A stretch of DNA of 38,234 bases, from assembly GCF_011745625.1 (NCBI RefSeq), contig NW_027191493.1, positions 124,001-162,234 on the forward strand, read 5' to 3'. Origin of the DNA: Cladosporium halotolerans. Taxonomy: Eukaryota. The translations under genes were made by a program, and so were the position numbers. The notes under the pieces were generated by a model. The model saw nothing but the letters and a program-made list of their open reading frames with translations, was not told the DNA's origin and did no database searches. Below, one piece after another: positions 1-11,923 of the stretch. Position 1 is the first letter of the stretch, and every line of letters starts with the position of its first letter.

Positions 1-845
1 AACGAGATGTCAGATCGGAAATGTGTCAGGGTAAGGCGATGGGGATGGTATGGAACCTATTGTTCTTGCTGATGGCGGATGACGTTGGATGGGGTTGGGA
101 TGGGGGCTGCGTTTCCGCGGATCGGTGAATGGGCGCTTTGCGATGTGAATTGGAGAGACACGGACAAGGCGCTTTGGATGGGATGAGATTTTTTTCTGGT
201 CATGTGCAATCTATTGAAGTGTGTGGTAAAGGATCATTCAGGATGAGACGGCGAGAGGGCATGGTCTTTGCCGTTCATGTTTGGAAAGACGGTGAAAACG
301 CCTTCCCGTGGACCATTTCATGAACAAATCTTGACACGAAAAGCCGTCCATCGGTCGGTCTAGGCAACCTTGTCCCAGAGGACAACTAGACTTCAAAAAC
401 CGGCTCGCAATTTTCTTCGGATTGTAAACTTATTATCTCAATCGTTTTCGAGCGGCTTACTCCGCTTGTCGACTGATCATTGCGAACGTAAATATTTCTT
501 TGCCATCGTCTCGCGTTCTCGAAACACTACCCCAAGTCGCGCGAGTCATGGGTCTCGAGCAACGCCCGCCCGTCGGCATGTGAAGAAGCTCCGCAGTGAA
601 GCTTGATCGCGGGAAGCTCTCACATTTTCCCGACTTGCGAAGAACCAACAAACACGTCGCATATCTATCCGGCTCTTGGGCTTGCACCTCCTATTTATGA
701 CAGTGGATCTCGTACAAACAGCTGTCAGCGTGAAACCAGAGCGCAAACCCCAACCCATCCAGCAGCGCTTTCGCGCACAAAACAAGCCACCACCCAATAC
801 CTCTCTCTCTCTCCCGCCCGTGGCCATACGCAGAACAAAAGCACA

Positions 846-1874
846 ATGCAATCCGCCCGCCAAATCGCCCGCCTCAACGAAACAGAACTGCAGAAGTGCA
901 TCCCGCCCTCCGCCTCCTGGCACACCGACTACCGCGACACGGCCTACATCCACATCGGCGGCCTGCCTTTTGAGTTGTCCGAGGGCGACGTCCTGACCAT
1001 CTTCTCGCAGTACGGAAACCCCGTGCACGTCAATCTGGTCAGGGACAAGGAGACGGGGAAGAGCAGGGGGTTCGCGTTTTTGAAGTATGAGGATCAGAGG
1101 AGCTGTGATCTTGCGGTGGACAATTTGAGTGGCGCGGGCGTGCTGGGGAGGGTGCTGGCGGTGGATCATTGTCGGTACAAGTTGAAGGAGGGGGAGGTGG
1201 AGGGCGAGGGTATGGAGGATGATGTTGGAGAGGAGGCTGCGGATGATACTGATAGGGAAGGTGAGGGGAGGAGGAAGAGAAGGCGGCGGAGTAGGAGTGA
1301 GAGTGGGAGTGAGGAGGAGGAGAGCAGACCGATGGTCAGGGAGGAAGTGGAGCTGGCGAAGCTGATGAAGGAGCATGATGAGGATGATCCTATGAAGGAG
1401 TTTTTAATTAAAGAGAAGAAGGAGGAGGTTGCGGACGCTTTAAAGAGGCTGGAGGTCTCGAAGAAGGAGGGGAGTGGCAGGGAGCGGAATGGGGAGAGGA
1501 AGAGGAGATATCATCGGTCGCGGAGGCATGACTCCGAGGATGAGGAGGAGCGGAGAGAGAGGCATCGGGCGAGAAGAGAAAGGGAGAAGGATGATGATCG
1601 GAGGGATGGGCACCGATCGCGACGCACAGAAGATGGGGACGAGAGGCGGGAAAAGCACCGGTCACGCAGGGAGGATGATGCTGATGACCGCGGTAAGGAC
1701 CATCGGGGATCGAGACGTGACGATTCCGAAGACGAGCATTATTCTCGTAGAAGAGATGACGAGCGAAGATCGAGGCGCGAACGGTCTGCTGAAAGGGAGC
1801 CCGAACGTCGGAATGGACACGACCGATCACGGCGTGATGATGCTCGAGAAGACGACCGCCAAAGACGGGACTGA
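846..1874 (+). CDS. IST3: U2 snRNP/RES complex RRM protein (Ist3/Snu17/RBMX2 ortholog) with a long R/D/E-rich tail
   Basis: ATG at 846 inside ORF 603..1874. SWHTDYRDTAYIHIGGLPFELSEGDVLTIFSQYG...RDKETGKSRGFAFLKYEDQRSCDLAVDNL...VDH is the characteristic RBMX2/Ist3 RRM. No intron needed. Confidence 0.93.
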   Translation: MQSARQIARLNETELQKCIPPSASWHTDYRDTAYIHIGGLPFELSEGDVLTIFSQYGNPVHVNLVRDKETGKSRGFAFLKYEDQRSCDLAVDNLSGAGVLGRVLAVDHCRYKLKEGEVEGEGMEDDVGEEAADDTDREGEGRRKRRRRSRSESGSEEEESRPMVREEVELAKLMKEHDEDDPMKEFLIKEKKEEVADALKRLEVSKKEGSGRERNGERKRRYHRSRRHDSEDEEERRERHRARREREKDDDRRDGHRSRRTEDGDERREKHRSRREDDADDRGKDHRGSRRDDSEDEHYSRRRDDERRSRRERSAEREPERRNGHDRSRRDDAREDDRQRRD

Positions 1875-1964
1875 GCCCGGATCGAGTGTCAGCATGCAAG
1901 AATGAAGCTCTCGCATCCTGCTGCACTGCAAGCTTCCATGTACAGCATAATATTAGTAAGGACA

Positions 1965-2378
1965 CTACACCTCATCCCCCTTCAACTTGGACGTCCTCTC
2001 ATGCCCCTCTTGATCCCCCGTATTCACCGTCCCGACCTTCTCAATCATCATGATCCCTGTCTCCTGCTCCGCCACAGGCCGATGCTGCATTGCCCTGGGC
2101 ACCTTGAACATATCGCCAGCTTTCAATTCGACCGTCTGGTCCACGCCCAGCTTCTCGGCTTCTTGTGGCGAGCTTGCTTTCGTGCTGAATTCGAGCTTCA
2201 TGGGGCCACCAGAGACGCAATAAAAGACTTCATCGGTGTCTGGATGTGAGTGCCAGATGAAGGAGCCTTGAATTTTGGCGACTTTGACAGTATGTGATGA
2301 GTCGACGGTCAGGACGTGTTCGGGCTGCCAGTGGTCGGAAATGGCGGCGACACGGTTGTGGAGGTTGATGGATTGCAT
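1965..2378 (-). CDS. Small cupin-domain protein (Cupin_2/RmlC-like), resembling a bacterial family
   Basis: Cupin motif 1 GSFIWHSHPDTDEVFYCVSG, motif 2 GDMFKVPRAMQHRP and C-terminal GTVNTGD. Intronless, 137 aa. Confidence 0.85.
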   Translation of the reverse strand: MQSINLHNRVAAISDHWQPEHVLTVDSSHTVKVAKIQGSFIWHSHPDTDEVFYCVSGGPMKLEFSTKASSPQEAEKLGVDQTVELKAGDMFKVPRAMQHRPVAEQETGIMMIEKVGTVNTGDQEGHERTSKLKGDEV

Positions 2379-3317
2379 AGTTGCCGGGAGCTCGACGGTG
2401 TAAGCTCTAAAAGTGAGATGTTAGGCTCGACTGCACTGTTGGCCTCGCAGTACTGAATTCTTCATATGGTATAAGACACACAAGCACAGCCGAAAAAAAG
2501 GTAGACTTGTCAGCCCATAGGGCGCGGAACATGAGATTAGCGTAGGTGCATATGTCACCCCTCCCGGGTGAGCGGCTATGTGCACAATTGGCAAGTAGCA
2601 GTCATAATAAATCGCTGGGCTCACGATGAATACATTCTTCAGGCCTTTGCACGTCGCCATTCCGCAAGGATAAGTGATGTGAATCTGACTTCTCATTTTA
2701 TAGTGCTTTCGTGGACCCACCAAAGAAGCTACTGCCACACAATAAAGGTGCATCTATCAATGCTCAAAGAGAGTTTCCCTCACGAGATCGCTGAAGATGA
2801 GCTAACGGTAGCTTTTGTCGTTAGGGCATGCTGACCAGATCGATCCTTTATGCTAGGCCGTTGCATGCTCAAGGCATTTTTCAAAGGGTCTTTGGCCATA
2901 TTCAAGTGACATCTCATCACTCTGTTCTATCGCATGCCATCACGCCACCCCTTTGAAACAGTCGTGTTTCCAAGGAAGAGGTGAACTCTGTCGTGATGAC
3001 GATTTTCGTACGTACTTACGACCGCCTGCGCCGAAACTCTTTCTCCGCGCATGGTGGGAACGCGTGCTGGAGCCCCACTCAACAAACCTCGGCCTTTCGC
3101 CCGACCGCAGATCAGCAGCGCTGGACGAGACCTTCCCAATCCGCCCTCCGCCTACTCTGCCTTCAGGGCCCCAGCTATGCCATCGATCCGCTTAGGCGAC
3201 CTGCCGACGCAAAGTGTCAGCAACGATTGCTAACACCGCCATCTATCGAATCTGGGCTTGGAGACAGATCTGGATCTGTAGGCTTGCCGAACGCGGCCCG
3301 CCCGATAATTTCTAACC

Positions 3318-5261
3318 ATGGCCGACGACGAAGTCGAGGACGTCGCGCGCCAGGTCGCTGGCTCCATCTCTGAGCGGATGCCGACTGTGATCACCCAGTT
3401 GCTTCATAGAAATTTCTCCGGAAGCATTGATGGCCTGCGTCTCGATTGCAATGTTACCCTTGGAAGTGCTTCGTGTATAGGCCAGGAGCCCATGGTGCAG
3501 GTCATCTCGGTCGATGTTGGGAGCCTATTGAGACAATTTCCAAGTCGCATGGATACAACGACCATCCAGCTTGCTGCGCCGACTTTTGATAGAGCGCCTC
3601 TGCCGCCACCGGAGCCTGTGGGAGGCGTCTCGAATGCCATTGAAGCACGCAATTTCAGACCGCGCTCGACCTTGGTCACACCGGCTCCTACGCCCGAAGA
3701 ACAATGCGACGAGCCTCCGTTGAAAACGCGGAAAGCCACCGGCGGCTTGCGAGTGGTCGTGGATCCAAACGCAGAGCCTGGTTCTACTGGCAACACTGCA
3801 CGCAGGCTGGAGAGTGCTGGCCGCGTCTTTCCCCAGCGCAAAAAGAATGTCGGAGACAACCCTGTCTTTCAGCCGTCGTCTCTCCAAAAATTTGTAAAAG
3901 GCGTCTTTGAAAGCATCTACTCGTCTTTGAAAATGGACCCGACCGAGGTCATCGAGCAATGGCAGGCCATCGAGTTCAACGGCCAGCCGAAACTTCTCAC
4001 TAGCACGGAGAGTGAGCTTGCTGCCAGAGACAGCTCTCTGAACGGAGGCGGTACTTTTGGCAGGATGAGTATCCTCGCTCGCAAACTTACACAGACCAGC
4101 CGAACTTGCAGGTCGCTTGAAGTGATTGTACAAGCAAAATGGGTGCAATTGTTTGACGACCGCGTTCATGAATTGTCCGCATCTATGAGTAAGGAGAAGG
4201 CGAAGAAGAGTACTATCTCAGAAGCCTGTCTCGACTTCAACTGGACGGAGAAAGAACTGCGCAACAGAATGGGTGTCTGGCGCGGTTACCAAGACATCCA
4301 AAAGGCTGGCGGCTGGGCAGCCTTGGTCTTCGCTGGCATGGGCCTCTATCGCTTCTGCAAGTACCGGGTATCATTCAACGAGGAGACTTTCCAGGCTCTC
4401 CGCGCTCTGCGACATAGATTCGAGGTTGCGGCCGACACTCTCCACCCTCGCTGGAGACACCTCCTCGGCATTGTAGGCGCATCTACCGAACGCAAATACA
4501 CTGGTCACCCACACGACTACGTAATTGGTATGCCAAACAATGAAGCCGTTCCCCTCTCCATCACCTATCAGCAATGGGATAAAGACTTCAGCTTCATCCA
4601 TCTCGACACCTGCCAAATCGACGAAGACGCCTGGGGCCTTTACGACCCCCGTGTGGTCCACGCCGCCCACAAGGAAAGCGCCCATACCTGCCAAATCTGC
4701 CACGAGCGCCAGTCCGACGATCCGCCGCAAAACAACTGCTCATGTTTCCCAAACCTCTACCCACAGACCATCCCACACAACGCCCCCGTTCAAGTCTACC
4801 GCACTCCCAACGGCCGCAACAACGGCCTTGTCGCGTGCTTGCCTTTCGATCGTGGCACGGCTGTCGGCGAGTTCGTCGGCCAGGTCACGTCCGGCTTGTC
4901 AAATCTGGACGTCATGGTGGGCCAGACGGAGAGCGCCAATTATCAGATCTGGCAGGGGCGGCAGGGCAATTACACCAGGTTTGTGAACCATTCTTGCCAA
5001 CCGAACAGCCAGTATGAGCGGTTCATGTGGATGGGCACGCAGAGAATCGTGCTTGTGAGTAAGGGAATCGAGGCAGGCGAGGAGATTACGGTCGACTATT
5101 CGGATACTTATTGGAAGGTGAGTGTTCAAGTGATGCATTCTGTAGTTTCGCCTTGAGGCTGACGATTTGTGTAGAATCTCGACAAGGAGTGTTTGTGTGG
5201 ACAGCCGAAGTGTCGGTACAAGAGCCGGTCTCGAATTTTGACGCCGCCGCAAAGCCGCTGA
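3318..5261 (+). CDS. SET-domain lysine methyltransferase-like protein with post-SET; exons 3318-5117 and 5175-5261
   Basis: SET motifs RFVNHSCQPN and EEITVDY. Intron GTGAGT (5118)...GCTGAC...TAG (5174). The spliced second exon gives NLDKECLCGQPKCRY (post-SET CxCx4C), with stop at 5259-5261. Confidence 0.88.
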
Positions 5262-5364
5262 AGAGGCCTCATCAACGTCTACAACGATTTCGCTGCTACA
5301 ACAGAGTGACTTCGCGGAGCTCATCGTCTGTGAAGATCGTTTTGATTTCGAAATACAGGAATCT

Positions 5365-7085
5365 CTAAGCTAGACTATCGCGCCTGGAATCCGCTGGCAC
5401 AGTCCGAGGCCTGAACTTCGTGTGGAAGTTGAGCTGCCGCACGAACCACGCATTGAAGGTCTGCCACTCGCTGCCAGGTGTTTCCAGCTCGACCTCGAAG
5501 TTTCGGAGGAACGTGGGTACCAGCTTGTAGATTTCTAGGAGACTAAAGATGGAGTCGTCAGTAAAGGGTTCGTTCTGGACGACAATTCTGACGGCAGGGT
5601 AGTCTTACCTGATGTTCTTGCCGATGCAAGTACGCGCGCCGGCGCCGAACTGGAACATAGTCGCCTTCATCTCCTTCAGCTGAGCTGGCGGGGCATCAAG
5701 CCAGCGCTCAGGTCTGAAATCGTCGACATCTTCGCCGAAGATCTCGGGTCGGCGGTGCAGGACCCAGGCATTGCAGCCGACGATGGTTCCACCGGGAATC
5801 TGTTCTCCGCAGATTTCCATTCCTTGAGGCGGCACGATGCGTTCAAGAATGAGACCGGGTGCTGGGTGAAGTCGGAACGATTCTTGGATCACGGCGTCAA
5901 GGAACGGCAGAGTCTGGCTTTCCTTCCATCCAACTTTGTGGTACGGTTTCTCGCTGATCGTTCCGTTGCGCGCGGCTTCGTCGAGCTCTTCCATCAGCTT
6001 CTTGTAAGCTTTGGGGTGCTTGACGAGGTTGTAGAAGACGCTGCTAAGGCTGATGGCTGTGGTCTCGGAGCCGGCGAACACCATGCTGTTGCAGGACGAC
6101 AGTACCTGTTGATCGGTCATAAACTCGGGGTGGTCGTGCTGCGCTTGGGTGAACTTAGTGAGCAAGTCGACTCCCTTGCCGCTCGACTCATCCGCCTCGC
6201 CCGTCTCGCGGACTTTGCTCATCTCGCTTTCGCGAGCGGCGGATTGCTTGAGTGCGAATCGAGTCACTGGGAACATCTTGTTCGTAACGCCCCACCGCTC
6301 CAGCGCGAGTCTGATCGGGTTCTTCTGCCAGACCAGATCAAGCAGAGGCATCTGCCCAACCGGGCCAGCATACGCGAGGAACCGACCAATAAATTCAACA
6401 ATGCCTTCAACGTCCTCGTTTTTCTCGACAAATCCAAGGCGTTTACTCCATGTCAGGTCGCCAATGACATCGAAGGCAAAGAACTGCAACCACTGTGCGA
6501 AATCACAGGTCTTGCCAGATTCCAGGAACCGCTTCTGCGTCTGCTCGATGAACACGTCCGTCGTGCTGTCTACCAACGGCTCGTAGTTCACCAGCGACGA
6601 CATAGAGAAGGCGTTGTTCACGCATCGCCGGTACTTGGCGTGGTACCCTTCGTCTGTCGTGCTGAAGAGCGAGTAGATCGGCCGGCCTTTCGAGATAGCT
6701 GCTTGTACTGGGTAGAACTCGGACTATCCAATTGCGTTAGCACTGGCCGAGAAACGGTACAGATGACGGAGAAACTCACCTTAGTCATGCCCTTGTTCAG
6801 CCCGTAGATGGCTTTTATCGCCCGCGGATCCGCGAACGACAACACATTCGGCCCCAGCCGCACGACGTCGCCGTGCTTCCGGTGCAATTCCACGTGCGTC
6901 CATTGTGCTTTTCGCCCACGCACGTCGAAGTACCGCCACCAGTTTGTGTAGCCTGCCAAAGGGTGGCCAGGGTATTTGTTGAGGCCGTTATGGAATTTGT
7001 TTTGGAGTAGTCGGATGGCGAAGCCGGAGATGAGGATAATGGGCCAATAGGCCCGGATGAGCGGGAGCAGCTCGCTGGCCAGCAT
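5365..7085 (-). CDS. Cytochrome P450, pisatin demethylase/CYP57-like; exons 7085-6780, 6723-5609 and 5542-5365
   Basis: N-terminal membrane anchor followed by YPG, VVRLGPN, I-helix AGSETTA, ExxR (ESFR), PERW and heme motif FGAGARTCIGKNIS. Two GT-AG introns with branch sites restore one continuous frame. Confidence 0.93.
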
Positions 7086-8498
7086 GTTGAATAGGGCTGG
7101 CGAGATGGGAGAGAGTTGAAAAAGGAAGGGATGAGGTGGTGAGACAGAAGGGAGACTGGATGAGGCTCACACATGTACCTACTTATTGTATGCCGCCTGT
7201 CAGAAATGCTTATCGGCTTGCGGCACACCGCATTGCATAGTTTCGCGTGGCTTGATACGAGCGAGGTCACGGCAGATGCAAACTCGGCATGTTCGGTGTC
7301 GACTGCGGTGCAAGTCGTCCAGCGTGGCTGGCCACGGCACTTGAGAATGAGAGGCTGTTGATCTAGGGCTGCGGCTTAGTTTGTGCCGATCTTTGGAAGT
7401 TAGGCTGGCTGATTCTGCGGTTGCAATAGGCGTTTGTGGCTATAGACCGTCTTGGGTGATAGTAGTGGTCGCCGTGCATTTGATGGGTACATATCTGTTT
7501 TGCCATCTGTTTGAGTAGCGACTGTTACAACAAGCGTGCTACCTTGCCATCACCCTTTGATCGAATCCAGCCTCCGAATCGCCGACGCTTCCGCGTTCTG
7601 CGTCTCTCACAACTGCCGAGTGTGGTGGTGGTTACGTCTTAAGGTCGCGGCCCCAGAGTCTTGGAAATCCGGAGCCCCGTGATTGTGACGCTCCACAGTT
7701 TGCCCGTCAGCTTTCGGCAGTTGTGATGAGCCCATCTGCCGCGGCTCCTGTTTGGCCTTGTGATGCATAATTTCAACAATCTTAAAGACCTGGCTGGAAT
7801 CACAAATCTAAGCCCCTCACCTCCGCGTGGACTCACGACATCTGGTCGCAAGTTTGTATGCTATCCAGCGAGAAGAACTTTTGACCGGAATGGGCTCATG
7901 CACGTATCTCGCCGTCAAACAGGGCTCGCATCCTCTGAGCAAGATACAGAAGTGACTGCTTTGGCGACAACTGGTAATTGGAGGCATTGTCTCACTCCAT
8001 TTGCACATTGATTAATTCTTCGCCAAGCTCCTCAGAGTGAGCCAGCCTGATTTCTTTTGCACATCCATATCCTTGGACCATCGTTCGGGTATATCGAAAC
8101 AGCTCTGCAAACGACATGTACCAGTCCTTTCTGTCTACAGCGCACCCGGAGCCATCCTCTGCACAATCCAATTATCACAACGGGCGAAGTGGGCTCATGT
8201 TTCTGTTCATCTACAATTGTTTGGGGGAAAGAGCGGAAAACAAGGAGTTCTCACTAAGATACTACTGTCCTCCGCGTTCAGCATTCAGCCTGGGACCTTT
8301 CCGTCGCCGCGTATGCGGATTGCGAGGGTATCCTCGCCAGACGCAAATTGATGCTGGATTGTTGACGAGATAGATCAATCTCGGCAGAGAAGCCCCAGCG
8401 CTTTCTTCCAGCGATTATAGGTACGCTTAAGTCATCGGCGAAGTGCTAACCTTTCCCCATTCTCGGTAAGATGTACCTCTAGAGAGGCCTCATATGCG

Positions 8499-9095
8499 GA
8501 ATTCTTCCTTGAGCCTCGCGGACCTAAACCACCTCAGCGGAACGAATTGAATTGGGGAGTCGGGGAGGAAGCCGAACTTATCACACTCTCTCCAATGATA
8601 GATCCGGTCACCACGAAATGGACTTACGAGTCTGCGGTGCACGGCTTTGCGACACCACTCAGCCTCCCACGCCGAATGGCGATTGTCAGCATGACCAGAA
8701 CGTCTCGACGCTTACTTCAATTGATCACCTTTGAACAGCGAGCCACATCCTCTTGGGTTGTTAGTGAGGCCACGCCCGAGACTTAGTCTCTGTTGCATGG
8801 TTTGAAAGCCGTGTACGTTCCTCACCTCATTGCTTTTGAGTCGGCTTCCTTTCAAGGGAAAACAGCTCCTGTAGCAGTAGAGCTTGAGAAGGCATTGCAC
8901 AAAGGTCCACCGTGGAGTCTTGCTGGAGGCGATCACGCGAGTATGTTGTGGTGCGATGATTCTGGCGTGTCGGATAAGCGTTGGCTTGAAGCGAGCTACT
9001 TCTATTGGGCGGGAGATGCGCCCCGAGTATAGTGGGATTATACGAACGGCACCTGTAGGTACCCTCTGGTGCTACATCCAATTAAGAGCGGTTGA
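8499..9095 (+). pseudogene. DUF3405-like fungal protein, C-terminal half, interrupted by two in-frame TAG codons (8784-8786, 9030-9032)
   Basis: ORFs 8547..8786 and 8793..9032 are in one frame. It reads PRGPKPP..NWGVGEEAELITLSP..PRRMAIVSMTRTSRRLL..SEATPET*SLLHGLKAVYVPH..APRV*WDY..PLVLHPIK, matching motifs I recall for DUF3405 (WGVGEEADLI, RxSRRLL, LHGLKAVYxPH, LLHPVK). No 5' half found. Confidence 0.75.
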
Positions 9096-9394
9096 TGCAG
9101 CCCTCCTTGTTGATGATGCAGACTCGTTACCCACTGTACTTCTTTGATTACATCCGAAGACTCGCCTTAGACTTGATACAAGTCCCTGAGAATTGGTCCA
9201 TCGCTTTTCAGCGCAAAGCAAAGAGGTGCATGAAGGTGGTAGGCCAAAGCGATCACGCACGGAATCTCTTTGGAAAACGACATGTTATGCGATTCAATAG
9301 TGCCATGACTGAAACACCCAATGACTTGAAGTCATACAGCCAGTACAGCGCCCACAGCCTTTCATTATTGCTACTCGTGTGCTCAAGACTTCCG

Positions 9395-10551
9395 CTAATT
9401 CGAGCGAATGTTACTCATCCTGCTCTCCCCCGAGAGTTCGCTCGGATCCAACCGACCGCCTGGTGCCTCCGCGGGAATTTGAGAGGACTGAGGGAGTTCG
9501 TACGCGCCGTAGTACTCTCTCACAGCTTTTGAATGCCCGTCTTGAGCCATCAGCTCTTCAGAGTGTTGACCGGATCTCCCGTAAGCTGAATGGTCTTTTC
9601 TATCGATGTACTGAGCATCTCTGCTGTCTTGGCTCCGTCGGCGATGGCGGCGTCGGCGCCTGAAGACGAAAATGAAGACTCCGATCAAAGCGGCGACCAG
9701 GGCTACGCCTACTCCCACGCCGATTCCAATACCCATCGGCAAGTTACTGCTCCCGCTCTGCGTCGGACTTGCAGAAGCGGATTCCGGGACTGTGGTCGGT
9801 TCCGACGACTGCGTCGCGCTGCCGGCAATGGTTGAGGGAGGGTTGGTAGCTCGACTCGAAGCGCCTGGAAGTGTCGTTTTACTCAATTGTGATGTCGTCG
9901 TCGTCGCGTTCGTGGTTTCTTCGCTGGACGTATCTTCGGTCTGAGTTTCGGCGGTGCTAGCCGTTGTCGTCGTGGTTTTCTCGCTGGTGGCATCGCCGGC
10001 ATCTGTTTCGGTCTTCGCCTCGCTGATATCGGTATTGGCTGTGGTAGTCGGCGGTGCGGTCGTGGTAGGGCTTGGGGACGAGCTGGCGCTGGGCTCGCGA
10101 CGAATCCAGAACTGCCCTGTGTAAAAGCCACCACCAATCTTATCCTCTTGTGTGCCTTGCGCATTGACTGCACGGAAGGAGAATGGTTGACTGTTGTCGC
10201 CGTTGTCGTCGACTTCCCACTCCCACCATGTTTGCGTGGTGCCGGCTGCAAAGGAGTTAGTCAGAACTTGCTTCCACGGCTCATGAGCTCGGATGCAAGT
10301 GAGGACTCACTGACGCATGTCCTAGCGGTGTTGTATTCGGTTCCAGTAATGAGGAATAAGTTGACCGATGGATATTTCGTTTCCCACGAGACATTCATCG
10401 TTGATCCTGCCGAAAAGACGTACGACGCCTCCGTGTTAGGACTAATGAACACGCCATCTGGGTATTTAGGCGGTGGCGGTAGGTATGTCGTCGTCTGAGC
10501 GCTGGCCACAAGCAGTCGGAAAGACCATAAAGCAAGAAAACGGCAAATCAT
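9395..10551 (-). CDS. Type I membrane Ser/Thr-rich cell-surface protein (Mid2/Wsc-like architecture); exons 10551-10311 and 10245-9395
   Basis: Signal peptide MICRFLALWSFRLLVASA, small beta-rich extracellular domain, S/T-rich stalk, TM GIGIGVGVGVALVAALIGVFIFVF followed by RRRRR, and a cytosolic tail with ELP/AEAP/SELS motifs. Intron GTGAGT...CTGACTAAC...CAG. Confidence 0.85.
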
Positions 10552-11923
10552 CGTGAGGCCAGCTCGGTGACGATGACAGACGCTGGCTCGAACTCTCGTG
10601 AGAGACCTCAGCCCGGTGTCATAAGAACGTACCGGGACCATGCATGTAGTTCATATTCCGGGTGGCTTGGGTGGGCGGCTGTGCCGCCATGCAAAGCGAT
10701 CAGGCATCGCGCCTAACAGCCGGTTGCCATTGAGGGATGGCTTGCATGCAATCTTGGTGGAACACGCTAAGGACCGCTCCACCTAGCGAGTGACTACACC
10801 GGTCGTCCTGCAGCTAAGATTGTGTTCGGTCGACGTTGGCCTGCAGAAGAAGGCTACAGCACATCGTTGCTTGGCCGATTTATGTCGGCGTGCAGCCTGT
10901 ACCATGGGCAACAGCATCGCAGATCGATCAGACTGTGCATGCTTCTCATGATGCTCACAGTGCCCAGAAACAGGCTTCTCGCCTCATGGCGTTTTTGCAT
11001 GTTGGGGCAGTAGCGACAGCGCGCATCTCGGCAAGGAATTTATATTGCGGCGTGGAAACTAGACGCCGCAAAGGTGCAGGCCGACGGGGGAGCAATGGCC
11101 CAGCCGATTCAGCGGGTATGTCAGACAGTTTTGGTCGTCAGGTTTTATGTGCTCGATGCGCTGGGCCGGGACCAAGGGCGGCTTCTTGTGCAAAAGACCC
11201 ATCGCCCGTGATGTTAGTGATGGTGTTGATGTCTTCGCTGAAGAGTCCCTCAACACTTTTCCGCGCCATACATTCCGAGATGTCCAGCGTCACTCTGTGC
11301 CTGGACTCCGGTCCGCTTCATGAGAGTTACGGCCAACGACCATATGACTTAGCAGCTGATTGTTGAAGGATCATTTCCGCATTGTGGTCAAAATCGATTG
11401 CCTTGCCTGATCTTATTTTTGTGCCGTCTCGCTGCCACTCTATTTATTAAGCGCCGTTATGCTTGTCGGCGGGCCGGCAGGTGGGCCCGTTCAGCCAATC
11501 GAACCCATCATCACCCGCGCCAAGAGTAACTGCTTGCTTGCCAACTTGCAGACGAGCCCCGTTTGGCTAAGGAAGAACAGCTGCAGAAGCGAATGGATAC
11601 CAATTTTGGGCAGCGGCTATCATTCATGGCCCATCCAGACTATGCCGTATGCGGGTCCTCAGCCGGTCATCCTTGAAGGCGACCTCCGCTAGCGCACTCT
11701 GGCCATGCGCCTGTAGGCAGGAAGGCTCTTCAGGCGTTTCGCCATCACACGCGATGGATGAAGCGTACGCGCCTGATTTACCGGCGGAGTGGCCGTCTGC
11801 CGGCGGATAGCCTGGTTCGTGAATGCACTGGCCTCTTCGTTTCGTGACTTTACGCCGTACAACAGGCTCTCTTACCAGGCGAGTCGACTTGCCATCTTGA
11901 CTACGAATCGGGAAACGCTCAAG

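Noticed and set aside
1..330. Possible 5' end, UTR intron or snoRNA of a minus-strand gene divergent from IST3
   Set aside because: Purine/pyrimidine skew and CTGAC motifs are suggestive, but no ATG-led exon or complete C/D or H/ACA boxes could be supported.
546..1376. 276-aa minus-strand ORF and other ORFs overlapping IST3
   Set aside because: Antisense shadows of a biased, low-complexity coding region; no motifs.
2981..3373. 130-aa ORF overlapping the SET gene start, as a possible extra exon or uORF
   Set aside because: GTG start, out of frame with the SET ORF, and no convincing splice sites joining them.
5755..6807. 350-aa plus-strand ORF
   Set aside because: Antisense shadow of the P450 exon.
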